Assembly (NCBI GenBank): GCA_024231025.1
Contig: JAAEQW010000256.1
Coordinates: forward strand, 2,954-66,953
Source: Candidatus Omnitrophota bacterium
GTDB taxonomy: Bacteria > Omnitrophota > Gorgyraeia > Duberdicusellales > 4484-171
Reading direction: 5' to 3'
DNA: 64,000 bases
The notes under the pieces are model-generated. The model was not told the DNA's origin. It was given only the letters and a program-made list of their open reading frames with translations, and did no database searches. The position numbers and the translations under genes were made by a program. Positions 19,401 through 27,913 of the stretch are shown here, in pieces. Each line of letters starts with the position of its first letter. The first letter of the stretch is position 1.

Positions 19401-21683
19401 ATGGAAGACCACTTAGGTTTTTCCTCCAACGCTTTAATTGTTTTAAAAAAACGATACCTTAATAAGAACGAAAAGGGTGAAGTTATAGAAACACCTCAGG
19501 CGATGCTTTCTCGAGTTGCTAAAGCAATATCTTCTGTTGAAAGAAAATATGGAGCCGATAGAGAAGCGGTAAAAAAATTCGAAAAAGAGATTTTTGATGT
19601 AACCGCTAATTTGGAGTTTATGCCGAACTCCCCAACTCTTATGAACGCCGGAAAAAATTTAGGTCAGCTTTCCGCTTGCTTTGTTGTTCCGGTGGAAGAT
19701 TCAATGGAGTCAATTTTTGATGCGATTAAAGCAACTGCGCTTATTCATAAAACAGGCGGCGGTACCGGGTTTAATTTTTCTCGTCTTCGTCAATCAAAAA
19801 GCGTAGTTCGTTCAACTGGCGGTGTGGCAAGCGGGCCGATATCGTTCATGAAGGTGTTTGATGCCGCGACACAGGCGGTTAAGCAGGGTGGGACGCGCCG
19901 TGGTGCTAATATGGGCATCCTTAGAGTTGATCACCCCGATATTTTAGAATTCATAAAGTGCAAAGGAACAGAAGGTGAAATCTCTAATTTTAATATCTCT
20001 ATTGCGATAACCGATGCATTCATGGAGTCAGTTTTAAAAAGCGAAGACTACGACCTTATAGATCCTCACACAAAGCAATCAGTTGCTAAATTAAACGCGC
20101 GAACAGTTTCTGATTTGATCGCTGAATGCGCACACAAAAATGGTGAACCGGGAATTGTTTTTATTGATAAAATGAACGAAGATAATCCGACCGCTCATCT
20201 TGGTCAGATCGAAAGCACTAACCCTTGCGGCGAACAGCCACTTTTGCCTTTTGAGTCTTGTAATTTGGGTTCAGTCAATTTAGCAAAAATGTTAAAAAAA
20301 GTTGATGAATCTTTTCAGGTTGATTGGGAAAAGTTAGAGAAAACTACACATTTGGCGACAAGATTTCTAGACAACGTAATTGAAGCTAATAAATTTCCTC
20401 TACCGCAGATCAAAGAAAATACTTTTAAAACCAGAAAAGTTGGTTTAGGTGTTATGGGTTGGGCAACAATGCTTGGGTTTTTGGGTATTGCTTATGATAG
20501 CGATGAAGCAATAGGCTTGGCTAAGCAGGTTATGAAGTTTATTTATGGACACGCAAGAAAAGAGTCGGTTCAATTGGCTAAGGAACGGGGAGTATTTCCT
20601 GCTTGGAAAAAGAGTGTCTGGGATAAAAGAAATATTAAAATAAGAAATGCTACCCTTACGACTATCGCTCCAACCGGAACAATTAGCATTATTGCTGGTC
20701 CGACATCCTCGGGGATTGAGCCTAATTTCTCTTTGTGCTATTTTCGCAACGTTTTAGATGGCGAAAAGCTCCTGGAAGTTGACCCGGCTTTTGAACATGT
20801 TGCTAAGGGGGGCGGTTTTTATTCTCAAGAGTTAATGAAAAAAATAGCTTCCGGAGAGAGTATACAAAATATGGATGAAGTTCCAGATCAAATCAAAACG
20901 GTTTTTAAAACCGCAATGGAGATAACACCTTTCTGGCATATAAAAATGCAAAGTGCTTTTCAGGAGTTTACTGATAATGCAGTTTCAAAAACGATCAATT
21001 TGCCAAATTCGGCCTCTTTAGACGATGTAAAGGAGGCTTATACGCTTTCGCATAAATTAGGGTGTAAAGGAATTACTGTATATCGAGATGGATCAAGAAG
21101 CGTGCAAGTTTTAACTGTGGATAAGAAAACAGAGCCCGCGCCTTTGGCTGCGTCGGTTGATGATCTTGCTTTGTTTTGTCCAAAATCCAGACCGGAAGTT
21201 ATTTCCGGAACCACAAGCAAAGTAACCACAGGTTGCGGAAACCTTTATATTACCGTTAATCAGAATGAAGAGGGTCATCTTTTTGAAGTTTTTACTCAAA
21301 TGGGTAAAGCCGGAGGGTGCGCTGCTTCTCAACTTGAAGCAGTAGGAAGAATGGTTTCAGTGGCTCTTCGCGGAGGAATTGACATTAAAGCTGTTGTTGA
21401 ACAACTTAAAGGGATTCGTTGTCCGTCGCCGTCTTGGGCTAATGGAAAAAAGATTTTCTCTTGCGCCGATGCTATCGCGAGGGTCCTAGAGAAAAGAGCT
21501 AGCGAGAAAAAAACCCCTGTATCAAGAATTAAAGTTTTAAGCCATGTTAAAGGTGTTCCTTCTTTTGTTCAGGATGATACTAGCTTTGCTAATGTTGTTG
21601 GTGTTTGCGTTGATTGCGGTTTTGCGCTTCGCCATCAGGAAGGATGCCTCGTTTGCGATGCGTGTGGTTACTCTAAGTGCTAA
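19401..21683 (+). CDS. nrdJ: Class II (B12-dependent) ribonucleotide reductase with TSCPD domain
   Basis: PNSPTLMNAG, LSACFV, TNPCGEQ, IAPTGT, TGCGNLY and C-terminal zinc ribbon. Confidence 0.95.
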   Translation: MEDHLGFSSNALIVLKKRYLNKNEKGEVIETPQAMLSRVAKAISSVERKYGADREAVKKFEKEIFDVTANLEFMPNSPTLMNAGKNLGQLSACFVVPVEDSMESIFDAIKATALIHKTGGGTGFNFSRLRQSKSVVRSTGGVASGPISFMKVFDAATQAVKQGGTRRGANMGILRVDHPDILEFIKCKGTEGEISNFNISIAITDAFMESVLKSEDYDLIDPHTKQSVAKLNARTVSDLIAECAHKNGEPGIVFIDKMNEDNPTAHLGQIESTNPCGEQPLLPFESCNLGSVNLAKMLKKVDESFQVDWEKLEKTTHLATRFLDNVIEANKFPLPQIKENTFKTRKVGLGVMGWATMLGFLGIAYDSDEAIGLAKQVMKFIYGHARKESVQLAKERGVFPAWKKSVWDKRNIKIRNATLTTIAPTGTISIIAGPTSSGIEPNFSLCYFRNVLDGEKLLEVDPAFEHVAKGGGFYSQELMKKIASGESIQNMDEVPDQIKTVFKTAMEITPFWHIKMQSAFQEFTDNAVSKTINLPNSASLDDVKEAYTLSHKLGCKGITVYRDGSRSVQVLTVDKKTEPAPLAASVDDLALFCPKSRPEVISGTTSKVTTGCGNLYITVNQNEEGHLFEVFTQMGKAGGCAASQLEAVGRMVSVALRGGIDIKAVVEQLKGIRCPSPSWANGKKIFSCADAIARVLEKRASEKKTPVSRIKVLSHVKGVPSFVQDDTSFANVVGVCVDCGFALRHQEGCLVCDACGYSKC

Positions 21684-21755
21684 CTGCGTTTGTAAACCTT
21701 TCTGTTGACATTCATTTCAGGATATAGTATTTTGATATATCACAAAAGGTAAGTT

Positions 21756-22547
21756 ATGAATATAGTAGTCTGTATAAAACAAGTTCCTGACACAGTTGAT
21801 GTAAGAATCAACCCTGAAACAAATACGCTTATCCGAGAAGGGGTCGAGTCAATTATTAATCCTTTTGATATGTATGCGATTGAAGAAGGGGTGCGCCTGA
21901 AAGAGCGCTTCGGTGGAAAGGTTACAGCTGTTACTATGGGCCCTGCTCAGGCGCAAGATGCTTTACGTGAAGCGCTTTCAATGGGCGTTGATGAGGCAAT
22001 TCATCTTTCTGATCGTGCGTTTGCTGGAAGTGATACCTGGGCCACTAGTTTAATTTTGGCTAAAGCGATAGAAAAAATTGCTGATGTTGATTTGATCCTT
22101 TGTGGTAAGCAAGCTTCCGATGGCGATACGGCTCAGGTTGGGCCAGGGATTGCTTCGCATTTGAATTTCCCCCAAGCTACATATGTAAGGCGAATTGATA
22201 CCGTTCATCTTGATACATCACCTAAAATTATGATTGTTGAAAGATTGCTTGAGGAAGGTTATGAAATTTTAGAATTAAGCTTGCCGGCAATTGTGACCGT
22301 GGTTAAAGAAATAAATGAACCGAGAATGCCGTCATTAAAAGGTAAAATGAAAGCAAGAAAAGCCGAAATACCAACATGGGGAAACAAAGAATTAGAGATA
22401 GAAGCCGATCAGATTGGTCTTGATGGATCACCAACTCAAGTAGTGAAAATCTTTACTCCTTCTCAGAAAAAAAGTGGTAAGATTTTTGAGGGTGAACCAC
22501 AGGAAGTAGTAGAGAAATTGATCAACGAAATAAAGGATATTTTGTAA
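21756..22547 (+). CDS. etfB: Electron transfer flavoprotein beta subunit
   Basis: VCIKQVPDT, GSDTWATS, GKQASDGDTAQVGP and INEPR motifs. Confidence 0.95.
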   Translation: MNIVVCIKQVPDTVDVRINPETNTLIREGVESIINPFDMYAIEEGVRLKERFGGKVTAVTMGPAQAQDALREALSMGVDEAIHLSDRAFAGSDTWATSLILAKAIEKIADVDLILCGKQASDGDTAQVGPGIASHLNFPQATYVRRIDTVHLDTSPKIMIVERLLEEGYEILELSLPAIVTVVKEINEPRMPSLKGKMKARKAEIPTWGNKELEIEADQIGLDGSPTQVVKIFTPSQKKSGKIFEGEPQEVVEKLINEIKDIL

Positions 22548-22551
22548 TAAT

Positions 22552-22643
22552 AATATTACGTAGGGACAGGTTTTTAACCTGTCCTTTATAGAATTAAAAT
22601 ATTACGTAGGGACAGGTCGTGACCTGTCCGTTATAGAATTAAA
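22552..22643. repeat. Tandem 46-bp duplication, each unit carrying a GTAG REP-like hairpin
   Basis: aatattac-gtagggacaggt(ttttt a/cgtg)acctgtcc..ttatagaattaa units at 22552 and 22598. Confidence 0.9.
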
Positions 22644-22645
22644 AC

Positions 22646-23836
22646 ATGAGTGGAATAAAAGTAATAAATGAGAGTTGTGTTGGTTGCGGGGTATGCCTAA
22701 AGGCGTGTCCGGTTGATGCAATAAGTATGGTTGATAAAAAAGCGGTTATCGATTTGGATCGGTGCACTTTGTGTGGAGCCTGCGTTAGCAGCTGTAAATT
22801 TAACGCAATCCAAATCATACGTCAGGCGGTAGCTAAAGAGGATATATCAAATTATAAAGGTGTATGGGTATTTGCCGAGCAGCGTGACGGTGAGATTGCT
22901 TCTGTTGCTTTTGAACTTCTCAATAAAGCGGCTGTGTTAGCTGGTGACCTTGGCACTTATGTTGGTGCGGTGCTTCTTGGCTATGGAGTTGAAGAGAAAG
23001 CTCAAGAATTAATTCATCGCGGGGCCAATAAAGTGTTTGTTATGAATTCACAAGTCCTAAAGGAATATGTCGCGGAAAATTATTCTGCCGCTATTGTAAA
23101 TTTAGTTAAAAAACATAAACCAGAAATTATTTTAGCCGGTGCGACAACAACCGGCAGGAGCCTTGTTTCACGCATTGCGGTTAGCCTTTACACTGGTTTA
23201 ACTGCTGATTGCACCGCTCTTGACATTGATAAAGAAAAAAAGATCCTAATTCAGACCCGTCCTGCTTTTGGCGGCAATATTATGGCACAAATTATTTCGC
23301 CCGATTATCGCCCTCAGATGGCAACTGTTCGCCATAAGGTGATGCCCGAGAGCGCTAGCGATCCAACACGAACTGGTGAAGTAATCGAAGAAGTGTTTGA
23401 TTTAAATTGGCAAGACAAAAGGCTAAAATTTTTAGATTTTATAAAAGAAGCAGTTTCAACCGTTAATCTTGCCGAAGCGGATATTATTGTTTCCGGTGGT
23501 CGCGGCTTAGGCGATGGCGCAAATTTTAAGATAATTGAGGAGTTTGCTCAAAGCATTGGTGCTGCGGTTGGTTCTTCTCGCGCGGCGGTAGACAGTGGGT
23601 GGATCCCTTATTCGCATCAGGTAGGTCAAACCGGACGTACAGTTTGCCCGAAAATCTATATTGCTTGCGGAATATCCGGTCAAATCCAACACCTAGTTGG
23701 GATGCAGTCTTCAAAAACGATTATTGCGATCAACAAAGATCCTGATGCCCCAATTTTTAAGGTAGCCGATTATGGCATTGTTGGTGATTTATTCAAAATA
23801 CTCCCGCTTTTAACCAAGCACTTTAAGCAGGCGTAG
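22646..23836 (+). CDS. etfA: ETF alpha subunit with N-terminal 2x[4Fe-4S] ferredoxin domain
   Basis: Two CxxCxxCxxxC motifs; GLTADC, QVGQTG and GISGQIQH motifs. Confidence 0.95.
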   Translation: MSGIKVINESCVGCGVCLKACPVDAISMVDKKAVIDLDRCTLCGACVSSCKFNAIQIIRQAVAKEDISNYKGVWVFAEQRDGEIASVAFELLNKAAVLAGDLGTYVGAVLLGYGVEEKAQELIHRGANKVFVMNSQVLKEYVAENYSAAIVNLVKKHKPEIILAGATTTGRSLVSRIAVSLYTGLTADCTALDIDKEKKILIQTRPAFGGNIMAQIISPDYRPQMATVRHKVMPESASDPTRTGEVIEEVFDLNWQDKRLKFLDFIKEAVSTVNLAEADIIVSGGRGLGDGANFKIIEEFAQSIGAAVGSSRAAVDSGWIPYSHQVGQTGRTVCPKIYIACGISGQIQHLVGMQSSKTIIAINKDPDAPIFKVADYGIVGDLFKILPLLTKHFKQA

Positions 23837-23885
23837 GTTGTAACTTTCTGTTTTTCAAAGGGTTATGACTTTTTTTGCTTTTTTC

Positions 23886-23943
23886 TTGCATTCCGTGAAA
23901 GGATATGTTATAAATGAAGAACTGGATTTAGTAAGCGGTTTCA
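23886..23943 (+). promoter_or_regulatory. Promoter plus LacI/cre-like operator of giant protein gene 1
   Basis: TTGCAT-17-TATAAA (extended -10); aGTAAGCGGTTTCA at 23930-23943. Confidence 0.5.
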
Positions 23944-24042
23944 CATTATTTGGAAAAATGAACTTATACTTATCAGGGGAGGGATCAGCTTATGTTGATT
24001 TGGTAAGGTCGTAAGTTCGCTTAACACAAATTGGAGCGAACA

Positions 24043-27000
24043 ATGATTTTACAATTACAAAGAAGACGGGCGTCGATTTCGTTTAGAGCAGTGGCAATAA
24101 TCGTTACCACTGTTTTTTTATTTTCTGTTTTTTCACTATACTTAAGCAAGTCACATCGGGTGTATGCATCAGCATTGCCTTATATGTCTGCACCGGCAAA
24201 GCTAGTTAGCACTAGTAGCACCTTTAACCCTCCTTTATTGCGTGGGATAAAACTTCATGCCGATAATCCATTTAAAATTGATTTTATAGTTGACCAGGGC
24301 GATTTTAGCCGGTCATCTAGTGAGTTAGAAGAAGAAACTAAGCGTTTAATTAAGTATTTTCTGGCTTCAATCACCATTCCGGAAGAGGATTTATGGGTTA
24401 ATCTTTCGCCTTATGAAAAAGATAGAATGGTTCCTAACGCCTTGGGTCTTACTGATATGGGCCGAGATCTTTTGGGGGAAGATTACGTTCTAAAACAATT
24501 AACCGCTTCCTTAACCTATCCGGATAGCCCTTTAGGGAAAAAGTTCTGGGATAAGGTTTATGAGCGCACCGAACAGCTCTATGGAACGACTAATATCCCT
24601 GCAAATACTTTCAGTAAAATTTGGATTATGCCGCAAAAGGCAGTGGTTTATGAAGACCGCAGTGGTGCCTTTGTTGCCGAGAGCCATTTGAAAGTTATGA
24701 TGGAGGCTGATTATTTTGCTGCGCAAAAGAATCAGCAGACCATAGACCATAGACTACAGACCACAGACCACAGACCAGAGACCAGAGGCCGTAAACCGGA
24801 CACCGTAACTGATGTTTCGGCTGCAATCATGAAAGATGTGATTTTGCCGGTAATCGAGGAAGAAATAAACACTGGTGCACAATTTGCTCACTTGCGTCAA
24901 ATTTATCACTCTTTAATTTTAGCGACATGGTTTAAAAAGAAATTAAAGCAGACCGCGCTTGAAAAAGCTTATATAGGTAAAAACAAGATAAAAGGCGCCG
25001 ACACCAGTGATCCGCAAATTAAAGAGAAAATTTACAACCAATACTTAGAAGCTTACACCAAAGGCGCATACAACTATATTCGCCGCGATCTCGACGTAAA
25101 AACAAATCGCCGTGTTAGTCGCCGCTACTACTCAGGCGGATTCACTACTGCCGGAGAAATGGATGAAGCATTTGATGCTAGGCCACTAGAGAGGCTTCCG
25201 GCCGGGCAAAGCCCGAGTGATTTTGATAACGGACCATCAACTCTTTTCCAGACTGATTTATCAGCTCTTTTAGGAGATGGTGAAGAAGTTAACATGAGTC
25301 GTCATTTTCGCACATCAGCACAAGCAGAAACAGTGACAACGGGGCTAATGAACGCATTAGAAAGCAAAGGAATAGTTTTTAGTCCAAAACAATGGCAGGG
25401 TTATGGTCATGCGGATGCATACACTCGTAATATGATAGGTAGAATTGTTACTGTAGTCGGGGAGGTAATAGATAATGATTCGTCAGATCCAATTAGTTTG
25501 TCTGCCCAAGACATGGCCTTTCAGCGCGAAAATGGAAGAGACCCGATTCAATTGCACTTGACGAAAGAAGATAAAGGTAATACGACTACGTTTTCAATTA
25601 CCTTTGTTAGTCAGAGTAACCAGGGTATTGTTGATATTGCGCTAGACAACGGTGGTCAAATTGTAGAAACTGATCATCGTCCAATTGCCTCTAATCGGAT
25701 GGCACGATTTAAAACCTGGGATCCAAAAGCTGCCCAAATGCTTGACTCGCTACAAAGATTAGAACCAACTGCCAATTTACTCGCGATAATTACCAATGGT
25801 CGACTTTTAGATTGGGTGCAGTTGCTTTGGAAGGGCGCGGTTCCGTCTTTAGATGAGCTAAAAAATTATACATTGGGTGATGTAGCTGATCATTTGAGTT
25901 GGCCAAGTTCGCTTACAGAAGGAATAGATGAGTTAATCAGCTCAATGAAAGCAGCGACTTTAATTGAATATGAGGAGATGGACGAAAATGGCGAAATGGT
26001 AAAAGTGACAAAAGAGTGGAGAGATCCCACAAATAGTTTAGCAAATAGGCTTAAAAAAGCGCAAAAGAGAAAAGATGCAATAGATAAAGAATTTGCTCCA
26101 GCGATAAAGCGGCTGGAAGCTCGCAGAAAGACAATAGCCGCGAGCGATGAAGGTGAAGAAGATAAAAAAAAGGCGATAGCCGAAGTGGATAAAGCGACTG
26201 CTATTGAAAAAAACAAGGCAGAAGCCCGAAAAAGGAGAATAGACATTAGCTTGGCTCGTGCAATCTCAAAGTATTCGGCGGCTCGGCTTTATCCGGGGCG
26301 CGAACCTCGCCTTTTCTTGCCAACACCAAAATACACTCTAGGCGAAATACAGGATTACCTGTCAGCTTTGTTAAATGAACCTGATGGAATTTCGACAAAA
26401 GTTGCGCAAGAAACAAGCGCAAGAGAAAAAAGGCTTGAGCTTTCAGGCAAAGCAGCTGAAATTTTGGTTAATGTATTGAGTAATGAGGGTGTAGAATTTC
26501 AACCAAAACGAGAATCCAGTGAACTTGCACCTACACCTCTTGAGCACGATGTTTACATCAAAGGCATAATTTCTCAAATTACTGCGATGCTTAATCGAGT
26601 AAAGGAAACAGACAGATTAACCCAAAGTGATTTACTCTACCAAGAAATTAATAGCAATAGTGTAATTAACCTAAACGTTGAAAGGGCGCCTAGCGAGCAA
26701 GGAACTGTATTGTCTGTTGCTTGGCATCGTACCAGTAGTAGCCCTGCCATTACGGATAACGCCCAGGGGGTAATTAATCTTACTATTTCAAATGAGGGCG
26801 AAATCACTACCTCTTTAGGGATTATTAAAAATGGTAAAGGGGGATTACCCGCAAGAACTTTTTCGCCAGAAAGCCCCAAAGGCCCAACCCCGGCAGATCG
26901 CCCATCATTACTGCCTGGTGGCTTCAACAGTCCCCCTGTGGTGGCCGGCAATAAGCCAAGCGATGATACTACAATAACAATTTCGCAAGATCCCCATGAA

Positions 27001-27747
27001 AAAAGTGGTGATTTAGCCGAAGTTTTAATTGACGCCTTAAAAAGCAAGGGAATAGCGTTTCAATTAAAAAGAGGTGCCAACGCAGTTAATAGTGGCGATT
27101 ATGCTGCTAAGATGAATAACGCTGTTAGCGAAATGTTTAGATGGGCAATAGCGACAGGATCTGGCGAATTATTTCCAGAAGATATGTTATTTCAAGGCAA
27201 TCATGGTGAAGATGTAATTAATTTAGCGGCTAACAGGAGTGTTAATCCTCAAGAGAAAATTACTGTTCGTTGGTATCGCAGGGGTGATCCTTCTGTGACT
27301 GATGATCAAGGGAGGGTTGATATTGTCATCTCAGAAGAGGGTCGAGTGAGTATTTTCCACCAGTTAATTAAGCCGCTTGACAGAAATGCCTTAGACGGTG
27401 CGCCTTTGGTTGGCGGTGGAGCAAGAACCTGGGGCGATGTTCTAGATTCTCCGGTATCAGAAGATAATGTGCCGTTTACCGAGCGTAACGGGGCGACAAT
27501 TCGGGTTAAGAAAAAGAAGTCACAAGTGGCTAAGAAGGAAATTAAAGGTAAAGGTAAGGGTAAGGACAGTTATGTTGGCGGTATCGATTTGGATACCGAT
27601 AATTGGGACGTTCAAGTTAAAGGTGGTGGAGCAGAGGTTTCCAGCTTTACGGATCTTCCTTTTGATGTTAAAAATTTGCGCGGGTTCACGCTTGAAATTT
27701 GTGATCGCAGCAGTGTTAACTCGGACGAATTGTTTGCCGTAAGATAG
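24043..27747 (+). CDS. Giant hypothetical protein, paralog 1 (conserved N-terminal domain, variable repeat cargo, C-terminal GGIDL)
   Basis: Long ORF with GGAG RBS; N-terminal TM/signal; LWVNLSPYE, EDYVLKQLTASLTYP and RRYYSGG shared with the ORF at 54668-58822. Confidence 0.88.
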   Translation: MILQLQRRRASISFRAVAIIVTTVFLFSVFSLYLSKSHRVYASALPYMSAPAKLVSTSSTFNPPLLRGIKLHADNPFKIDFIVDQGDFSRSSSELEEETKRLIKYFLASITIPEEDLWVNLSPYEKDRMVPNALGLTDMGRDLLGEDYVLKQLTASLTYPDSPLGKKFWDKVYERTEQLYGTTNIPANTFSKIWIMPQKAVVYEDRSGAFVAESHLKVMMEADYFAAQKNQQTIDHRLQTTDHRPETRGRKPDTVTDVSAAIMKDVILPVIEEEINTGAQFAHLRQIYHSLILATWFKKKLKQTALEKAYIGKNKIKGADTSDPQIKEKIYNQYLEAYTKGAYNYIRRDLDVKTNRRVSRRYYSGGFTTAGEMDEAFDARPLERLPAGQSPSDFDNGPSTLFQTDLSALLGDGEEVNMSRHFRTSAQAETVTTGLMNALESKGIVFSPKQWQGYGHADAYTRNMIGRIVTVVGEVIDNDSSDPISLSAQDMAFQRENGRDPIQLHLTKEDKGNTTTFSITFVSQSNQGIVDIALDNGGQIVETDHRPIASNRMARFKTWDPKAAQMLDSLQRLEPTANLLAIITNGRLLDWVQLLWKGAVPSLDELKNYTLGDVADHLSWPSSLTEGIDELISSMKAATLIEYEEMDENGEMVKVTKEWRDPTNSLANRLKKAQKRKDAIDKEFAPAIKRLEARRKTIAASDEGEEDKKKAIAEVDKATAIEKNKAEARKRRIDISLARAISKYSAARLYPGREPRLFLPTPKYTLGEIQDYLSALLNEPDGISTKVAQETSAREKRLELSGKAAEILVNVLSNEGVEFQPKRESSELAPTPLEHDVYIKGIISQITAMLNRVKETDRLTQSDLLYQEINSNSVINLNVERAPSEQGTVLSVAWHRTSSSPAITDNAQGVINLTISNEGEITTSLGIIKNGKGGLPARTFSPESPKGPTPADRPSLLPGGFNSPPVVAGNKPSDDTTITISQDPHEKSGDLAEVLIDALKSKGIAFQLKRGANAVNSGDYAAKMNNAVSEMFRWAIATGSGELFPEDMLFQGNHGEDVINLAANRSVNPQEKITVRWYRRGDPSVTDDQGRVDIVISEEGRVSIFHQLIKPLDRNALDGAPLVGGGARTWGDVLDSPVSEDNVPFTERNGATIRVKKKKSQVAKKEIKGKGKGKDSYVGGIDLDTDNWDVQVKGGGAEVSSFTDLPFDVKNLRGFTLEICDRSSVNSDELFAVR
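24736..24791 (+). repeat. In-frame heptamer tandem repeat (NAGACCA)x~8
   Basis: cagacca tagacca tagacta cagacca cagacca cagacca gagacca gaggccg. Confidence 0.85.
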
Positions 27748-27768
27748 TTAATAAGAAATAAAGTAATC

Positions 27769-27802
27769 AAAAAAGGAACGGAGTAAATTCCGTTCCTTTT
27801 TT
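27769..27802. terminator. Rho-independent terminator, potentially bidirectional
   Basis: aaaaaaggaacgga-gtaaat-tccgttcctttttt just after the stop codon. Confidence 0.88.
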
Positions 27803-27805
27803 ATT

Positions 27806-27875
27806 TGTGCATATATGGTAGATACTGTTTTTTTAACCACTAGATCTTGCGTATATTCTTTTATTATGGTAGTAT
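27806..27875 (+). promoter_or_regulatory. Tandem NrdR-like boxes overlapping the smc promoter
   Basis: tgtgcAtATaTgGtag (27806) and ccaCtAgATcTtGcgt (27837), 31 bp apart; TTGCGT-17-TAGTAT promoter. Confidence 0.62.
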
Positions 27876-27913
27876 AACTAAGAAAAGCTTTATTCTATTG
27901 AGGTTTTAGCACT

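Noticed and set aside
19177-21683. Cobalamin riboswitch or intein at nrdJ
   Set aside because: The leader is short with NrdR boxes only; the protein has normal length and no splicing motifs.
22552-22643. Possible mini CRISPR array
   Set aside because: Only two adjacent units, no unique spacers and no cas genes; it fits a REP doublet.
23837-27913. Direct repeats flanking giant gene 1 like those of gene 2
   Set aside because: Only a short tcttgc match at the promoters; no convincing duplication seen by eye.
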